Positions 17,987 through 27,059 of a stretch of DNA of 64,000 nt are shown one piece after another. Every line of letters begins with the position of its first letter. The stretch's first letter is position 1. Where the stretch lies: NCBI GenBank assembly GCA_964603505.1, contig CAZRVT010000002.1, positions 10,312-74,311 of the forward strand. The letters are read 5' to 3'. This DNA comes from an uncultured Holophagales bacterium. GTDB taxonomy: Bacteria; Acidobacteriota; Thermoanaerobaculia; UBA2201. Below the pieces are notes generated by a model. It made no database searches. It was not told the origin of the DNA and saw nothing but the letters and a program-made list of their open reading frames with translations. A program made the position numbers and the translations under genes.

Positions 17987-18727
17987 ATGTTCACCGAGAA
18001 CCTCGTGGAAAGCCGCTCCATGCGATTGGAGGCCCGGCGCGTCCTCATCCTGCCGCTGGTGGCCGGCGCCCACGCCGCGCTGCTGGGGGCGCTGGCCGTG
18101 GCGTCGGTGTGGAGCCTGCGCTATGTCGCCGGGCCGCCCGTCGTCCCCACGCCGAGCATCCCGGTCGCCCTCGTTCCGCCCCCTTCGGGCGGGGGGCAAA
18201 AGCCGCTCGCGGCGGCCGAGCGGCCGCGCCCGAGGCCGACGGCCGTCGACTTCCTGGCGGCCGTTCCCCTGGACGATCCGGTGATCTATGACGCCGAGCC
18301 GCTCCCCAGGCCGTCGGGGGACGGCGTGATCGGCGGGTTTGACGGCCTGTTCGGTGCCGGAGAGAGCGACGGCAGCCCCTTCGGTCTGCCGGACGGGTTC
18401 GACATCCCTCGGCCGCCGGAGCCCGAGACCGGCCCGATGACGGTGGGCGGGGATATCTGCGCGCCCGTCCGGACCGCCGCGCTGGCCCCCGTCTATCCGG
18501 AGGCGGCGCGCAAGGCCGGGATCCAGGGGGTGGTCCTCCTGCGCTTGACGATCGACCGAGAGGGGCGCGTGACCGATGTCCGCGTCCTGAGCGGCCTTCC
18601 CTTCGGCCTGACGCAGGCGGCGGCGGAGGCGGCGCGGCGCCTGACCTTCCGGCCGGCTCATCACTGTCCCACCGGCCGCCCGGTGGCGTGCTACTTCGAT
18701 CTGTCGGTGGCGTTCAGGATCCAGTGA
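17987..18727 (+). CDS. TonB-family energy transducer (proline-rich linker, C-terminal TonB domain)
   Basis: AGGAGG RBS before ATG 17987; N-terminal TM helix, Pro-rich region, C-terminal TonB-like fold (VYPEAARKAGIQGVVLLRLTIDREGRVTDVRVL). Confidence 0.7.
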   Translation: MFTENLVESRSMRLEARRVLILPLVAGAHAALLGALAVASVWSLRYVAGPPVVPTPSIPVALVPPPSGGGQKPLAAAERPRPRPTAVDFLAAVPLDDPVIYDAEPLPRPSGDGVIGGFDGLFGAGESDGSPFGLPDGFDIPRPPEPETGPMTVGGDICAPVRTAALAPVYPEAARKAGIQGVVLLRLTIDREGRVTDVRVLSGLPFGLTQAAAEAARRLTFRPAHHCPTGRPVACYFDLSVAFRIQ

Positions 18728-18761
18728 GCGGGGGGGAGGGGAGGACCGCTCTTAAGCGTTG

Positions 18762-18791
18762 AAAAACGAGACCCCCCGGCATCGGGGGGTC
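18762..18791 (-). terminator. Rho-independent terminator downstream of tRNA-Leu (GACCCCCCG-gcat-CGGGGGGUC then U-tract on the minus strand)
   Basis: 9-bp perfect GC stem; A-run 18762-18766 on the plus strand gives a U-tract on the minus strand. Confidence 0.5.
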
Positions 18792-18807
18792 ATGAGGTGA
18801 GGGGTTA

Positions 18808-18890
<83 letters not shown>

Positions 18891-18912
18891 ATGGAAGCGC
18901 ATGGGAACGGGG

Positions 18913-19101
18913 CTACGCCTTGGCGATGCAGTCCACAGGGCAAACGGCGACGCACTGGGGCGCGTCGAAATACCCCTGGCACTCCACACAGACGGCCGGA
19001 TCGATGGTGTAGATCGGGTCGCCCTCGGCAATGGCGCTCACGGGGCACTCGGGCTGGCACGCTCCGCAGGCGATGCAGGTATCGTTGATCTTCAGGGCCA
19101 T
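18913..19101 (-). CDS. 2x[4Fe-4S] ferredoxin
   Basis: Two CxxCxxCxxxCP motifs in 62 aa. Confidence 0.8.
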   Translation of the reverse strand: MALKINDTCIACGACQPECPVSAIAEGDPIYTIDPAVCVECQGYFDAPQCVAVCPVDCIAKA

Positions 19102-19179
19102 AGTGGCTACCCTCCTTGGGTTTTTGTCAGCAGCGAGTTATTTTACCGCCGGCCGTCGGAAATGTCAAGGCGACGGCGT

Positions 19180-21552
19180 TCAGAAACCGGTGCCGATGGT
19201 GAACTGGAAGTTGGTCCGGTCCTCCCCGGGGCGGGGGTCGATGATGACGCCGTAGATGAAGCGGAGGGGTGCAGTGAAGACCGGCATGAAAATGCGCAGC
19301 TCGAAACCGGTGGAATAGCGCAGGTCGCCGACGCTCAACCGGCTCCAGTCGGTCCGCTCGTCCCAGGCGTTGCCGGCGTCGATGAAGTAGACGATGCGAA
19401 AGGCCGACTGGATCCGGAGAATGGTGTCGATATTGAGCTGGACGTATTTGGTGCCCCCCATGGTCCCCGCGTCGGGGTTGACCGGATAGATGGAGCGCCA
19501 AGAGTACCCGCGCATGGAGTTCTCACCGCCCAGGAAGTACCGCTCGTAGGAGGGGACGGGGGAGTCGCCGGTCTGGAAGATGGCCCCCATCTCGGCATGG
19601 AACATGGTGGCGAGGTTCCGCCGCAGAGGGAGGAAGTAGGAGCCGGCGATCTCGGGCTTGAACAGTTCGATGGTCCCCCCCAGGGGGCCGCCCGCGAAAC
19701 GGGCGGAGCCGGAGAGGAAATATCCCTTGAAGGGGTCGAAGGGGTCGTCCCGCGTGTCCCAGCGGACCGAGGGGGTGATGCTCGACGAGGTGCCTCGGGT
19801 CTCCTTGAAACGGCCCCCGACGCTCGGATCGCCCAGGGGGCGCTCATGGTCTCCGTCCTCGTAGGGGAACCGGCGGCTCAGGTCCTCCTGGGCCCGGATC
19901 TTCTCGTAGTTGTAATAGACGTTCCAGTTGGAGAAGGTCGCAAGCCGGAACCCGTAGCCCAGACCGAGCCCGCGGCTGAACCGGGTGAACCCCGGGTAGT
20001 CGTACTTGCGGTTGTAAAGACTGCCGGAGACGCTGTTGCGCGTATCCATGAACCAGGGGTTGATGTAGGAGAGCTCGTACAGGGTCCGGCTCTGTCCGCC
20101 AAGGTAGGAGACGCTGAGCGTCTCGCCGCGGCCGAGGAAGTTTCGGGTGCTGAACGAGAACTGGCCGAAGAACCCGTCGAATTCGCTGTAGCCGGCCGCG
20201 AACTGGAGGTCGGTCTTGGTGGATTCCTCGCCGAAGAGGGTGAGGTTCACCCGTTTCTTCTCGGGATCGATGTCGGGATCGACCGGCTTCTCCTCGTTGA
20301 GCTTGTAGTAGCCGAGCTGGTTGAGCCGCATCAGGGTCTGGCGGAAGGAATTGGCGTTGAACACCTCCTCTTCCTGGATGCCCAGTTCCCTCCGGAGGAC
20401 CTTCTCCAGGGTCTTGGTGTTCCCGCGGAACTCCACGCGGCCCACGCGAAACTGCTCCCCCTCCTCGACCTGAAGGGTGATGTCGAGAAGATTCTCCTCG
20501 CCGCCCACGGGGTCGAATTGAGGGGTGACCCCCGCGGAAATGTAGCCGCGCCCGTTGTAGAGGGTCTGGATGGACTCGGTGACCTCCTGCAGTTTCTTAA
20601 AATTGAGGATGTCGCCGTGGTTGAGCCGGATGTCCTTCATCAGCATCTCGACGGGGAAGACCGTGGCGCCGGTGATGGTGACGTTCCGGATGAGGTACTG
20701 CTTCCCCTCTTCAATGGGGATGGTGATCCGCAGGCGCTTCTTCTTGGGCTTGTCCGGCTTGGGGGTGTAGGTCTCGATGATGGGCTCGCCCACCTTGGCG
20801 TCCTTGTAGCCCTTGGCCTTGTACAGGGTCCGCAGTTTCTCGGCGTCCTCGCGGAAGTTTTCCGCGGAATATAGGTCGTGCTTGGAGACCATCGAGATCA
20901 GCGAATGCTCCTTCGTCTTCTTCATCGCCCACCGGAGTTCGCGCTCCGAGAAGAGCGTGTTGCCGGCGAAGACAATGTCGCCGATCGGGACCTTCGTCCC
21001 CTCGTCCACCGTCAGGGTGAGGTTTTCGAGGCCCGGCCCCACGCTTTCCCGCCGGGCGGTCACCTCGGCGGCCGGGTAGCCGATCTCCCGGTAGGCCTCC
21101 TGGAGAATCACTCGGGCCTTCGCCACCAAGTCGTCCGCCAGCTCCCGCCCCTCGATGAGCCCCAGTTTTTTCTCCTTGAACTTGTCCCGGATCTGGCTGG
21201 CGGAGAGGGCCTTGTTTCCCTTGAAGGCGAGCATCTTCAGCAGGGGGCGCTCGGTGATCTCGACCACCAGTCGGACCCCATCCTCGTCCTCCTCGGCCCG
21301 CACGCGCACGTCGGCCGCGAGGTTGGCTTCGAGGAGCTTGCGGGTGCTGGCGCGGACCTTGGCCAGGTCGAGGGGCTCCCCCTCGCGGATGGCCAGATAG
21401 TAGAGGATGGTCTCCCGCGAGGTCCGCACGGCCCCCTGAATGTCGATGGCGGTGACGAGCGGGGCCTCCTGACCGGCCGCCACGGCGGCCGTGAACAGCA
21501 GGCAGATCGCAGCCAGGCGCCTCAGCACGGGCACCCGTCCGCGATTCCGCAC
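19180..21552 (-). CDS. bamA: Outer membrane protein assembly factor BamA (POTRA repeats plus C-terminal beta-barrel)
   Basis: Signal peptide, five POTRA-like repeats, Omp85 barrel ending in an aromatic C-terminus; GTG start (an alternative GTG ~20 nt downstream is possible). Confidence 0.85.
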   Translation of the reverse strand: MRNRGRVPVLRRLAAICLLFTAAVAAGQEAPLVTAIDIQGAVRTSRETILYYLAIREGEPLDLAKVRASTRKLLEANLAADVRVRAEEDEDGVRLVVEITERPLLKMLAFKGNKALSASQIRDKFKEKKLGLIEGRELADDLVAKARVILQEAYREIGYPAAEVTARRESVGPGLENLTLTVDEGTKVPIGDIVFAGNTLFSERELRWAMKKTKEHSLISMVSKHDLYSAENFREDAEKLRTLYKAKGYKDAKVGEPIIETYTPKPDKPKKKRLRITIPIEEGKQYLIRNVTITGATVFPVEMLMKDIRLNHGDILNFKKLQEVTESIQTLYNGRGYISAGVTPQFDPVGGEENLLDITLQVEEGEQFRVGRVEFRGNTKTLEKVLRRELGIQEEEVFNANSFRQTLMRLNQLGYYKLNEEKPVDPDIDPEKKRVNLTLFGEESTKTDLQFAAGYSEFDGFFGQFSFSTRNFLGRGETLSVSYLGGQSRTLYELSYINPWFMDTRNSVSGSLYNRKYDYPGFTRFSRGLGLGYGFRLATFSNWNVYYNYEKIRAQEDLSRRFPYEDGDHERPLGDPSVGGRFKETRGTSSSITPSVRWDTRDDPFDPFKGYFLSGSARFAGGPLGGTIELFKPEIAGSYFLPLRRNLATMFHAEMGAIFQTGDSPVPSYERYFLGGENSMRGYSWRSIYPVNPDAGTMGGTKYVQLNIDTILRIQSAFRIVYFIDAGNAWDERTDWSRLSVGDLRYSTGFELRIFMPVFTAPLRFIYGVIIDPRPGEDRTNFQFTIGTGF

Positions 21553-21673
21553 GGCCGGAGGGCAGCGGGACCGTTCATCGGTACTTCATACGCAGGCGCG
21601 GGGCGGAGCGTTGACCGCCCATGGCATGGTCGCAAGTGGAGTCGCTCCCTGTTCTGGGTGGTGGCGCGCCCCC

Positions 21674-22321
21674 TCAAGGGAGGCGCAACAACCGGTCGCA
21701 CCGGCAGGCCACCTTTTCGTTGTGCGTAACTATAATGGAAGTCCAGGAATTTTTCAAATGGAGATCGGCGAAGACCTCCATCACCGAACCGGCGGTGGCC
21801 GGGTCCAGGGAGCCGGTGGGTTCGTCGAGAAGCACGAGCCGCGCGGAGGCCGCCACGGCGCGGGCCAGGCATCCGCGCTGCTGCTCGCCCCCCGATAATT
21901 CCTGGGGGTGCCGGTGCCCCAGGTGGGCGATGCCGACCCGCTCCAGGGCCTCCCGGGCCGAGGCCAGGGCCTCGCGCCGGGAGCGCCCCCGGATGAGGAG
22001 GGGCAAGCCGGCGTTTTCGAGCAGGGTGAGTTCGTTGAGGAGGTGGTGGAACTGGAAGACGAAGGCCACGGTGTCGCGGCGGAAGGCGGCGCGCCGGGCA
22101 TGGGAAAGGGCCGTGATCTCGGTGCCGTCCACCACAATGGTCCCCGCGTCCGGCCGGTCCAGTCCCCCGATAAGGTTCAGAAGGGTCGATTTCCCCGACC
22201 CGGAGGGACCCACCACGCCCAACAGCTCTCCCCGCGCCACGGTGGTGGAAAACCCCGTGAACACCGGCACCGCCAGGGGCCCGCTCCCGTAGGTCTTGTG
22301 CAGCCCCTCGATTCTGACCAT
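21674..22321 (-). CDS. lolD: Lipoprotein-releasing system ATP-binding protein LolD (ABC ATPase)
   Basis: Walker A GPSGSGKST, LSGGEQQR signature, Walker B LLDEPT; start MVRIEGL; stop/start coupling with lolE. Confidence 0.8.
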   Translation of the reverse strand: MVRIEGLHKTYGSGPLAVPVFTGFSTTVARGELLGVVGPSGSGKSTLLNLIGGLDRPDAGTIVVDGTEITALSHARRAAFRRDTVAFVFQFHHLLNELTLLENAGLPLLIRGRSRREALASAREALERVGIAHLGHRHPQELSGGEQQRGCLARAVAASARLVLLDEPTGSLDPATAGSVMEVFADLHLKNSWTSIIVTHNEKVACRCDRLLRLP

Positions 22322-22325
22322 CGGA

Positions 22326-23420
22326 TCACTGGGGGGCATACAGGGTCCGCACCACGGGGGTAAGGGCCGCCCGCCGACCGGCCGGCCAAGCGGTGGCCGC
22401 GGAGAACAGCAGAAGAAGGGCCCCCAGCGTGGCGGTGGTCCAGGGGGAGAACAGGAGCGGGACGTGCCCTAAGTGGGCCATCGCCGCCGGCAGGGGGACG
22501 AGGTGGTGCCGATTCTGGAGGGTCCCCAAGCCGTAGGCGAGGAGGCCGCCCGCCAGGCCGCCGGCCGCGGCGATGGCCAGGGCCACAGCGAAGAAGATGC
22601 GGCGGATGGGACCCTCCCCCGTCCCGAGGGCCAGGAGGGTGGCCCAGGTGGCCTGGCTGTGGAGGATGAGCAGTTCGAAGCTCTGGTGGAGCTGGAGGAA
22701 GGCGACCAGCAGCACCAGGCCGGTGCCGGCGAACATCAGCCATTTCTCCAATCCCAAGGCCAGGAAAAGGGGAGCGTTCAGGTCGGCGTAGGTGAGGACG
22801 CGGCAGTCCGGGCCCGCGGCGCGCCGGGCCTCGTCCCGCAGGGCCGCCGCCCGGTTCGGATCGTCCAGGAAGACCTCGTAGGCGGTCAGCCGCCCCGCCT
22901 CTCCCAAAGCGCCGCGCAGCATGTCCAGGGGCAGGCGGACCCGCCCGGGGGAGGGGGCCTCCTCCCTCTTGACCACCGCGACGGCCTGGGGGCTGAGCCC
23001 CAGGGGGGTGACGGAGAGGACTGGGACCCAGAGGATGATGCGGTCTCCGGGCAGGCCGAACGGGACCTGCGGAGCGGCGACCGCATCGGTCCCCTCGATC
23101 TCCCCGTTCCATTCCCCGGACGCCGCCGGCAGGAGGAGCTTGGGCTCCACGCGGACCACCCCAGGCAGGGCCCGCAGGGCCGTTTCGGTCCGGGGGTTGT
23201 CCGCCAGGAATCGGCCGGCGGCGGGAAGGATGGTGAGGTGGGGGGTGGAGGCGAGATACCGGTCGCGGATGAGCTGTTGGGCCCCGGTCATGAAGGCCAT
23301 GATGAGGAGCAGGCACGCGGTCCCGAGCGCCATCCCAAGAAACGACAGGAAAGTGAAGAGCAACAGATAAGAATTGCGGCGCAGGTTGAACAGGATCCTG
23401 GCTGCAAGGAAGCCGACCAT
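22326..23420 (-). CDS. lolE: LolC/LolE-type FtsX-domain ABC permease
   Basis: N-terminal TM, periplasmic MacB-like domain, C-terminal FtsX 3-TM bundle; start [16 protein letters not shown] chosen inside the longer ORF; its ATG overlaps the lysS stop (TGATG). Confidence 0.75.
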   Translation of the reverse strand: MVGFLAARILFNLRRNSYLLLFTFLSFLGMALGTACLLLIMAFMTGAQQLIRDRYLASTPHLTILPAAGRFLADNPRTETALRALPGVVRVEPKLLLPAASGEWNGEIEGTDAVAAPQVPFGLPGDRIILWVPVLSVTPLGLSPQAVAVVKREEAPSPGRVRLPLDMLRGALGEAGRLTAYEVFLDDPNRAAALRDEARRAAGPDCRVLTYADLNAPLFLALGLEKWLMFAGTGLVLLVAFLQLHQSFELLILHSQATWATLLALGTGEGPIRRIFFAVALAIAAAGGLAGGLLAYGLGTLQNRHHLVPLPAAMAHLGHVPLLFSPWTTATLGALLLLFSAATAWPAGRRAALTPVVRTLYAPQ

Positions 23421-24916
23421 CAGTCGCGGGGCCGGAGGAGGGGAAACAGGATAACCTCGCGGATGGAGGTCTGTCCCGACAGCAGCATGACCAGGCGGTC
23501 GATGCCGATCCCCTCGCCGGCGGTGGGGGGGAGACCGAACGCCAGCGCTTCCAGGTAGTCCTCGTCCACCTGCCGCCCCTCCCGCGCCTCGGCCTGCTCG
23601 CGGAACCGCTTCGCCTGCTCCTCGGGGTCGGCCAACTCGCAATAGGCGTTGGCCAGCTCCATCCCGCCGGCAAGCAACTCGAAGCGGTGGGCGTACCCGT
23701 CGGGGCCCCCCTTGGCCAGGGGGGATATGGCGCGCGGGAAATGGGTGATGAAGGTGGGCTGGGTGTAGCGGGGCTCCGCGAAGGTCTCGAACGCCGCGAT
23801 AAGGACATGGGCGGGGGAGCGGTCCTCGGGGAGCTCCCCGGCCTCCTCCAGGAGCCGCAGGAGGGCGTCGGTGTCGGCGGGGTCCGGATGCCCCGGGGCG
23901 TGCTCCCGCACCGCCTCGGGAATGGCCACGCGGGCGAAGGGGGCCTTGAGCGAGAGGGGGCGGCCGCTGTACTCCAGCTCCGTGGTCCCGCGAAGGGCGA
24001 GGGCCAGTCCCTCGAGGAGCTCCTCGGTGAGGGTCATCAGGTCTTCGTAGTTGGCGTAGGCCTGGTAGAACTCGAGCATGGTGAACTCGGGGTTGTGGCG
24101 GGTGGAAATCCCCTCGTTGCGGAAATTACGGTTGATCTCGTAGACGCGGTCGAAGCCGCCGATGACGATGCGCTTGAGGAAGAGCTCGGGGGCGATCCGG
24201 AGGTAGAGGTCCAGGCCGAGGGCGTTGTGGTGGGTGGCGAAGGGCTGGGCGGCGGCGCCCCCCGCGATGGTCTGGAGCATCGGGGTCTCCACCTCCAGGT
24301 AACCGCGGCCGTCGAAAAAGGCGCGGAGCTCCCGGAGGAGGCGGGCGCGGAGCTCGAAGATGCCGCGCACCTCCGGGTTGCAGAGGAAGTCGAGGTGGCG
24401 CTTGCGGTGGCGCGCCTCGGGGTCCTTGAACTCGAGGAACCGCTTCCGCTGCTTCGAGGAGACCTCGTCGGCGTTATAGTGTTTTTCGGGGAGGGGACGG
24501 AAGCACTTGGCGAGGAAGACGAACCGCGCGGCCTGGAGTGTCAGCTCGCCCGTCCGCGTGCGGAAGAAGGTTCCCTCCGCCCCGATGAGGTCGCCGAGAT
24601 CGAGCAGCTTCAGGGCCTCCCAGCAGGCCTCGCCGACCAGGTCCTTCTTGAAATAGACCTGGATCCGCTCCCGCCCGTCGGAGAGGTCCAGGAAGGTGGC
24701 CTTGCCCATCTCCCGGATCGAAAGGATGCGGCCGGGGACGGAGGCCGCCGGTCGGCACTCCTCCAGGTCCGGGGCGCTGATCGGACCGAACGCGGCCACG
24801 GCCGCGTGGATGGTATGGGTGTGCCGGTATTCGTGGGGGTAAACCTCGATACCCCTGGCCTTCAGCCCCTCGAACTTCTCCCGGCGCACCACTTCCTGGT
24901 CGAGCTGCTTTTCCAT
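23420..24916 (-). CDS. lysS: Lysine--tRNA ligase (class II)
   Basis: N-terminal anticodon-binding OB domain followed by class-II motifs ([10 protein letters not shown]..., [28 protein letters not shown]). Confidence 0.9.
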   Translation of the reverse strand: MEKQLDQEVVRREKFEGLKARGIEVYPHEYRHTHTIHAAVAAFGPISAPDLEECRPAASVPGRILSIREMGKATFLDLSDGRERIQVYFKKDLVGEACWEALKLLDLGDLIGAEGTFFRTRTGELTLQAARFVFLAKCFRPLPEKHYNADEVSSKQRKRFLEFKDPEARHRKRHLDFLCNPEVRGIFELRARLLRELRAFFDGRGYLEVETPMLQTIAGGAAAQPFATHHNALGLDLYLRIAPELFLKRIVIGGFDRVYEINRNFRNEGISTRHNPEFTMLEFYQAYANYEDLMTLTEELLEGLALALRGTTELEYSGRPLSLKAPFARVAIPEAVREHAPGHPDPADTDALLRLLEEAGELPEDRSPAHVLIAAFETFAEPRYTQPTFITHFPRAISPLAKGGPDGYAHRFELLAGGMELANAYCELADPEEQAKRFREQAEAREGRQVDEDYLEALAFGLPPTAGEGIGIDRLVMLLSGQTSIREVILFPLLRPRD

Positions 24917-24934
24917 GACGGTCTCTGCGGGGCG

Positions 24935-25592
24935 CTAACGCGCCAGCTTGAGGACCTCCTTCACCAGGCGCTCGATGCCCCCCGCCGCCTCCCGGATGGA
25001 GCCGGCCAGCATGTAAGCGGGAGTGGAGACGATGCGGTTTTTCTCGTCCACCACGCACATGTCCACCGGGCACTCCACATGCCGCGCCCCCATGGCCTCC
25101 ACCGCCCGGGCGGTGTCGGGATCGCTTCCGATCGTCACCTGGACCCGTTCGCCGAGGACCCGGGCCGCGATCACCGGGGCGATGCAGACGAAGCCCATGG
25201 GCTTTTTGCGTTGATGCATTCCGCGGATGAGGGCGGCCAGGGCGGGATGGACCGCGCAATCCTTGCCCTTGAAGGCGAAATCGCACAGGTTCTTCGCCGC
25301 GCCGAAGCCCCCGGGGACGATGAGGGCGTCCAGATCCTCCGCACGGGCGGTGGTTAGATCGCGGATGTCGCCGCGGGCGATCCGGGCCGATTCGACCAGG
25401 ACGCTTCGGGCTTCGCCGGCGGCGGGGGCTTTCGTCCGGTGGTCCACCACGTGGGCTTGGGGGATGTCGGGGGCGAAGCACAGGGCCTGGGCCCCGGCGC
25501 GGTCGAGGGCGAGCAGCGTGACGACCGCCTCGTGGATCTCTGAACCGTCGAAAACCCCGCAGCCGGACAATACCACACCGACCTTAAGCATA
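24935..25592 (-). CDS. elbB: DJ-1/PfpI-family protein, ElbB-like (glyoxalase / isoprenoid biosynthesis ElbB type)
   Basis: MLKVGVVLSGCGVFDGSEIHE N-terminus and CIAP nucleophile elbow typical of ElbB/DJ-1 class I glutamine amidotransferase-like proteins. Confidence 0.7.
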
Positions 25593-25659
25593 GGACGCTC
25601 TCCTTGGTCATAACATTCGGAGGCTATGATAGCACACGGTCCGGGGGGCGGCAAGGTTT

Positions 25660-25865
25660 GGACCGCGCCTTTCCACAAAAAGTGTGAAAAAGGTTGTGGA
25701 AAAATCTGTGGAATATTTAATAAATCAACGAAAAATCAGCGGTTTCCGCAATTTGCACACAAAAATGTGCTTAATATAAAACATTGATAAATATAGCCCT
25801 TAGATGGAAATCGCTATAATCGCAGGCAATTAGGTGCCGAACGGCGCCGTTTTCCACAACAAGCT
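25660..25865. promoter_or_regulatory. AT-rich intergenic region with four DnaA-box-like 9-mers (TTTTCCACA x2 in opposite orientation, plus CTTTCCACA and TATTCCACA); candidate DnaA-binding region or oriC-like element, or a divergent promoter region
   Basis: Motifs at 25669-25677, 25695-25703 (rc), 25707-25715 (rc) and 25850-25858; composition far more AT-rich than the flanks; rpsT/lysS (minus, left) and infC-rplT-pheST (plus, right) diverge here. Confidence 0.35.
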
Positions 25866-25993
25866 TATCTGGAGCGGCTCGAACGCCTCAACAGCGAGAG
25901 GACGGCGGAGGCGCCGAGCCAGCTGAGGGCGATGCCGAGAAGCACGCTCCCGACGACCACCAGAACGACGACGAGACTCATCAGCAGCTTCAT
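25865..25993 (-). CDS. possible 42-aa hydrophobic small membrane peptide (MKLLMSLVVVLVVVGSVLLGIALSWLGASAVLSLLRRSSRSR)
   Basis: Short ORF below the track's length cut-off; single predicted TM helix; no homology assignable. Confidence 0.25.
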   Translation of the reverse strand: MKLLMSLVVVLVVVGSVLLGIALSWLGASAVLSLLRRSSRSR

Positions 25994-26047
25994 GCTGGAT
26001 ATTCTATCAGACGCCTCCTCGAAGTGGGGTCGCCCCGTTTTGTCCTA

Positions 26048-26056
26048 TGTTAGAAT
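26048..26056 (+). promoter_or_regulatory. Extended -10 promoter element TGtTAGAAT upstream of tatA
   Basis: TGnTAGAAT ~36 nt upstream of the tatA GTG; weak -35. Confidence 0.3.
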
Positions 26057-26091
26057 GGAAGGAACGAAGATGCCTCTGAAAGGAGTTCCCC

Positions 26092-26271
26092 GTGCCCCAC
26101 ATCGGATTCCAGGAGTTGATCCTCATCCTGCTCATCGTCCTCCTTCTGTTCGGTTCCACGAAGCTTCCGGCGCTTGGTCGCGGGCTGGGCGACGCGATCC
26201 GCAATTTCAAAAAGGGCCTGAAAGAGGGCCAGGAGGAGGGGGACAAAAACGGGTCGAAGAAAGGAGAATGA
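26092..26271 (+). CDS. tatA: Twin-arginine translocase subunit TatA/E
   Basis: GTG start after an AAGGAG RBS; translation [43 protein letters not shown] matches the TatA TM helix plus amphipathic helix; the 116-aa plus-strand track ORF (25932..26282) is a spurious out-of-frame call. Confidence 0.75.
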   Translation: MPHIGFQELILILLIVLLLFGSTKLPALGRGLGDAIRNFKKGLKEGQEEGDKNGSKKGE

Positions 26272-26278
26272 CCGCACC

Positions 26279-26866
26279 GTGAACACGCTCAAGGTCTTCT
26301 TTTTGATGTTCGTCCTCACCGCCATCTTCCTGCTGGTGGGGGACTGGGTCGGCGGGCAGCGGGGGATGGTCATCGCCCTTGTATTTGGCGGCCTCTTCAA
26401 TCTGGTTAGTTATTGGTTCTCCGACCGGATCGTTCTGGCGATGTACGGCGCCCAGCAAGTGACCGAGGCCGAGGCCCCGGAGTTATATTCGATCGTCCGG
26501 GAGCTGGCGACGGCGGCGAACCTCCCCATGCCGCGGCTGGCCGTCATCCCCCAGGAGGCCCCGAACGCCTTCGCCACCGGCCGAAACCATTCGCACGCCG
26601 TGGTCGCCGTGACCGAGGGGATGATGCGGCTGGTGAACCGCGAGGAGCTGCGGGGGGTCCTGGCCCACGAGCTGGCCCATGTCCGCAACTACGACATGCT
26701 CATCGGCACCTTCGCGGCCACCTTGGCCGCCGCGATCGCCTTCCTGCCCCGGATGCTCTTCGTCTTCGGGGGCGGGGACCGGGAGGACCGGAGCCCGCTG
26801 GGGCCCCTTCCGCTTGACAGTCTTGGAGATAATGGGTATACTTTTTATGCTTATACAGGCTCGTAG
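26279..26866 (+). pseudogene. htpX: htpX-like M48 zinc metalloprotease, 3'-truncated: HEXXH (HELAH) present but the C-terminal ~90 aa, including the third zinc-ligand region, are missing; tail overlaps the tRNA-Val promoter and the tRNA 5' end
   Basis: N-terminal TM helices plus HELAHVRNYDMLIG as in HtpX, but the ORF ends at 195 aa where homologues continue (~285 aa); the last ~17 codons read through a consensus TTGACA-17-TATACT promoter and into tRNA-Val. Confidence 0.5.
26814..26842 (+). promoter_or_regulatory. Consensus sigma70-type promoter for the tRNA-Val genes (TTGACA-17 bp-TATACT)
   Basis: TTGACA 26814-26819 and TATACT 26837-26842 with a 17-bp spacer, 14 nt upstream of the mature tRNA 5' end. 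Confidence 0.55.
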
Positions 26867-26934
26867 CTCAGACTGGTTAGAGCACTACCTTGACACGGTA
26901 GGGGTCTGCGGTTCAACTCCGCACGAGCCTACCA
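26857..26934 (+). tRNA. tRNA-Val (anticodon GAC), CCA encoded
   Basis: AGGCTCGTAGCTCAGACTGGTTAGAGCACTACCTTGACACGGTAGGGGTCTGCGGTTCAACTCCGCACGAGCCTACCA cloverleaf with anticodon loop UUGACAC. Confidence 0.85.
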
Positions 26935-26957
26935 TTTCGACCGTTTACGGCTCAAAC

Positions 26958-27031
26958 AGGCGCGTAGCTCAGCTGGTTAGAGCGCTACTCTCACACAGTA
27001 GAGGTCCTCGGTTCAATTCCGAGCGCGCCTA
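26958..27031 (+). tRNA. tRNA-Val (anticodon CAC)
   Basis: AGGCGCGTAGCTCAGCTGGTTAGAGCGCTACTCTCACACAGTAGAGGTCCTCGGTTCAATTCCGAGCGCGCCTA cloverleaf with anticodon loop CUCACAC. Confidence 0.85.
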
Positions 27032-27059
27032 TTGAATTTAGGACCAGGGGGAAACACCG

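Noticed and set aside
18770-18791. The GACCCCCCG...CGGGGGGUC hairpin as a terminator for plus-strand tonB
   Set aside because: On the plus strand it is not followed by a U-tract. It is followed by one only on the minus strand, so it is assigned as the terminator of tRNA-Leu.
25932-26282. 116-aa plus-strand ORF called over the tatA region
   Set aside because: Wrong frame: tatA is the GTG-initiated 59-codon frame 26092..26271 with a clear TatA TM/amphipathic-helix sequence and an upstream RBS.
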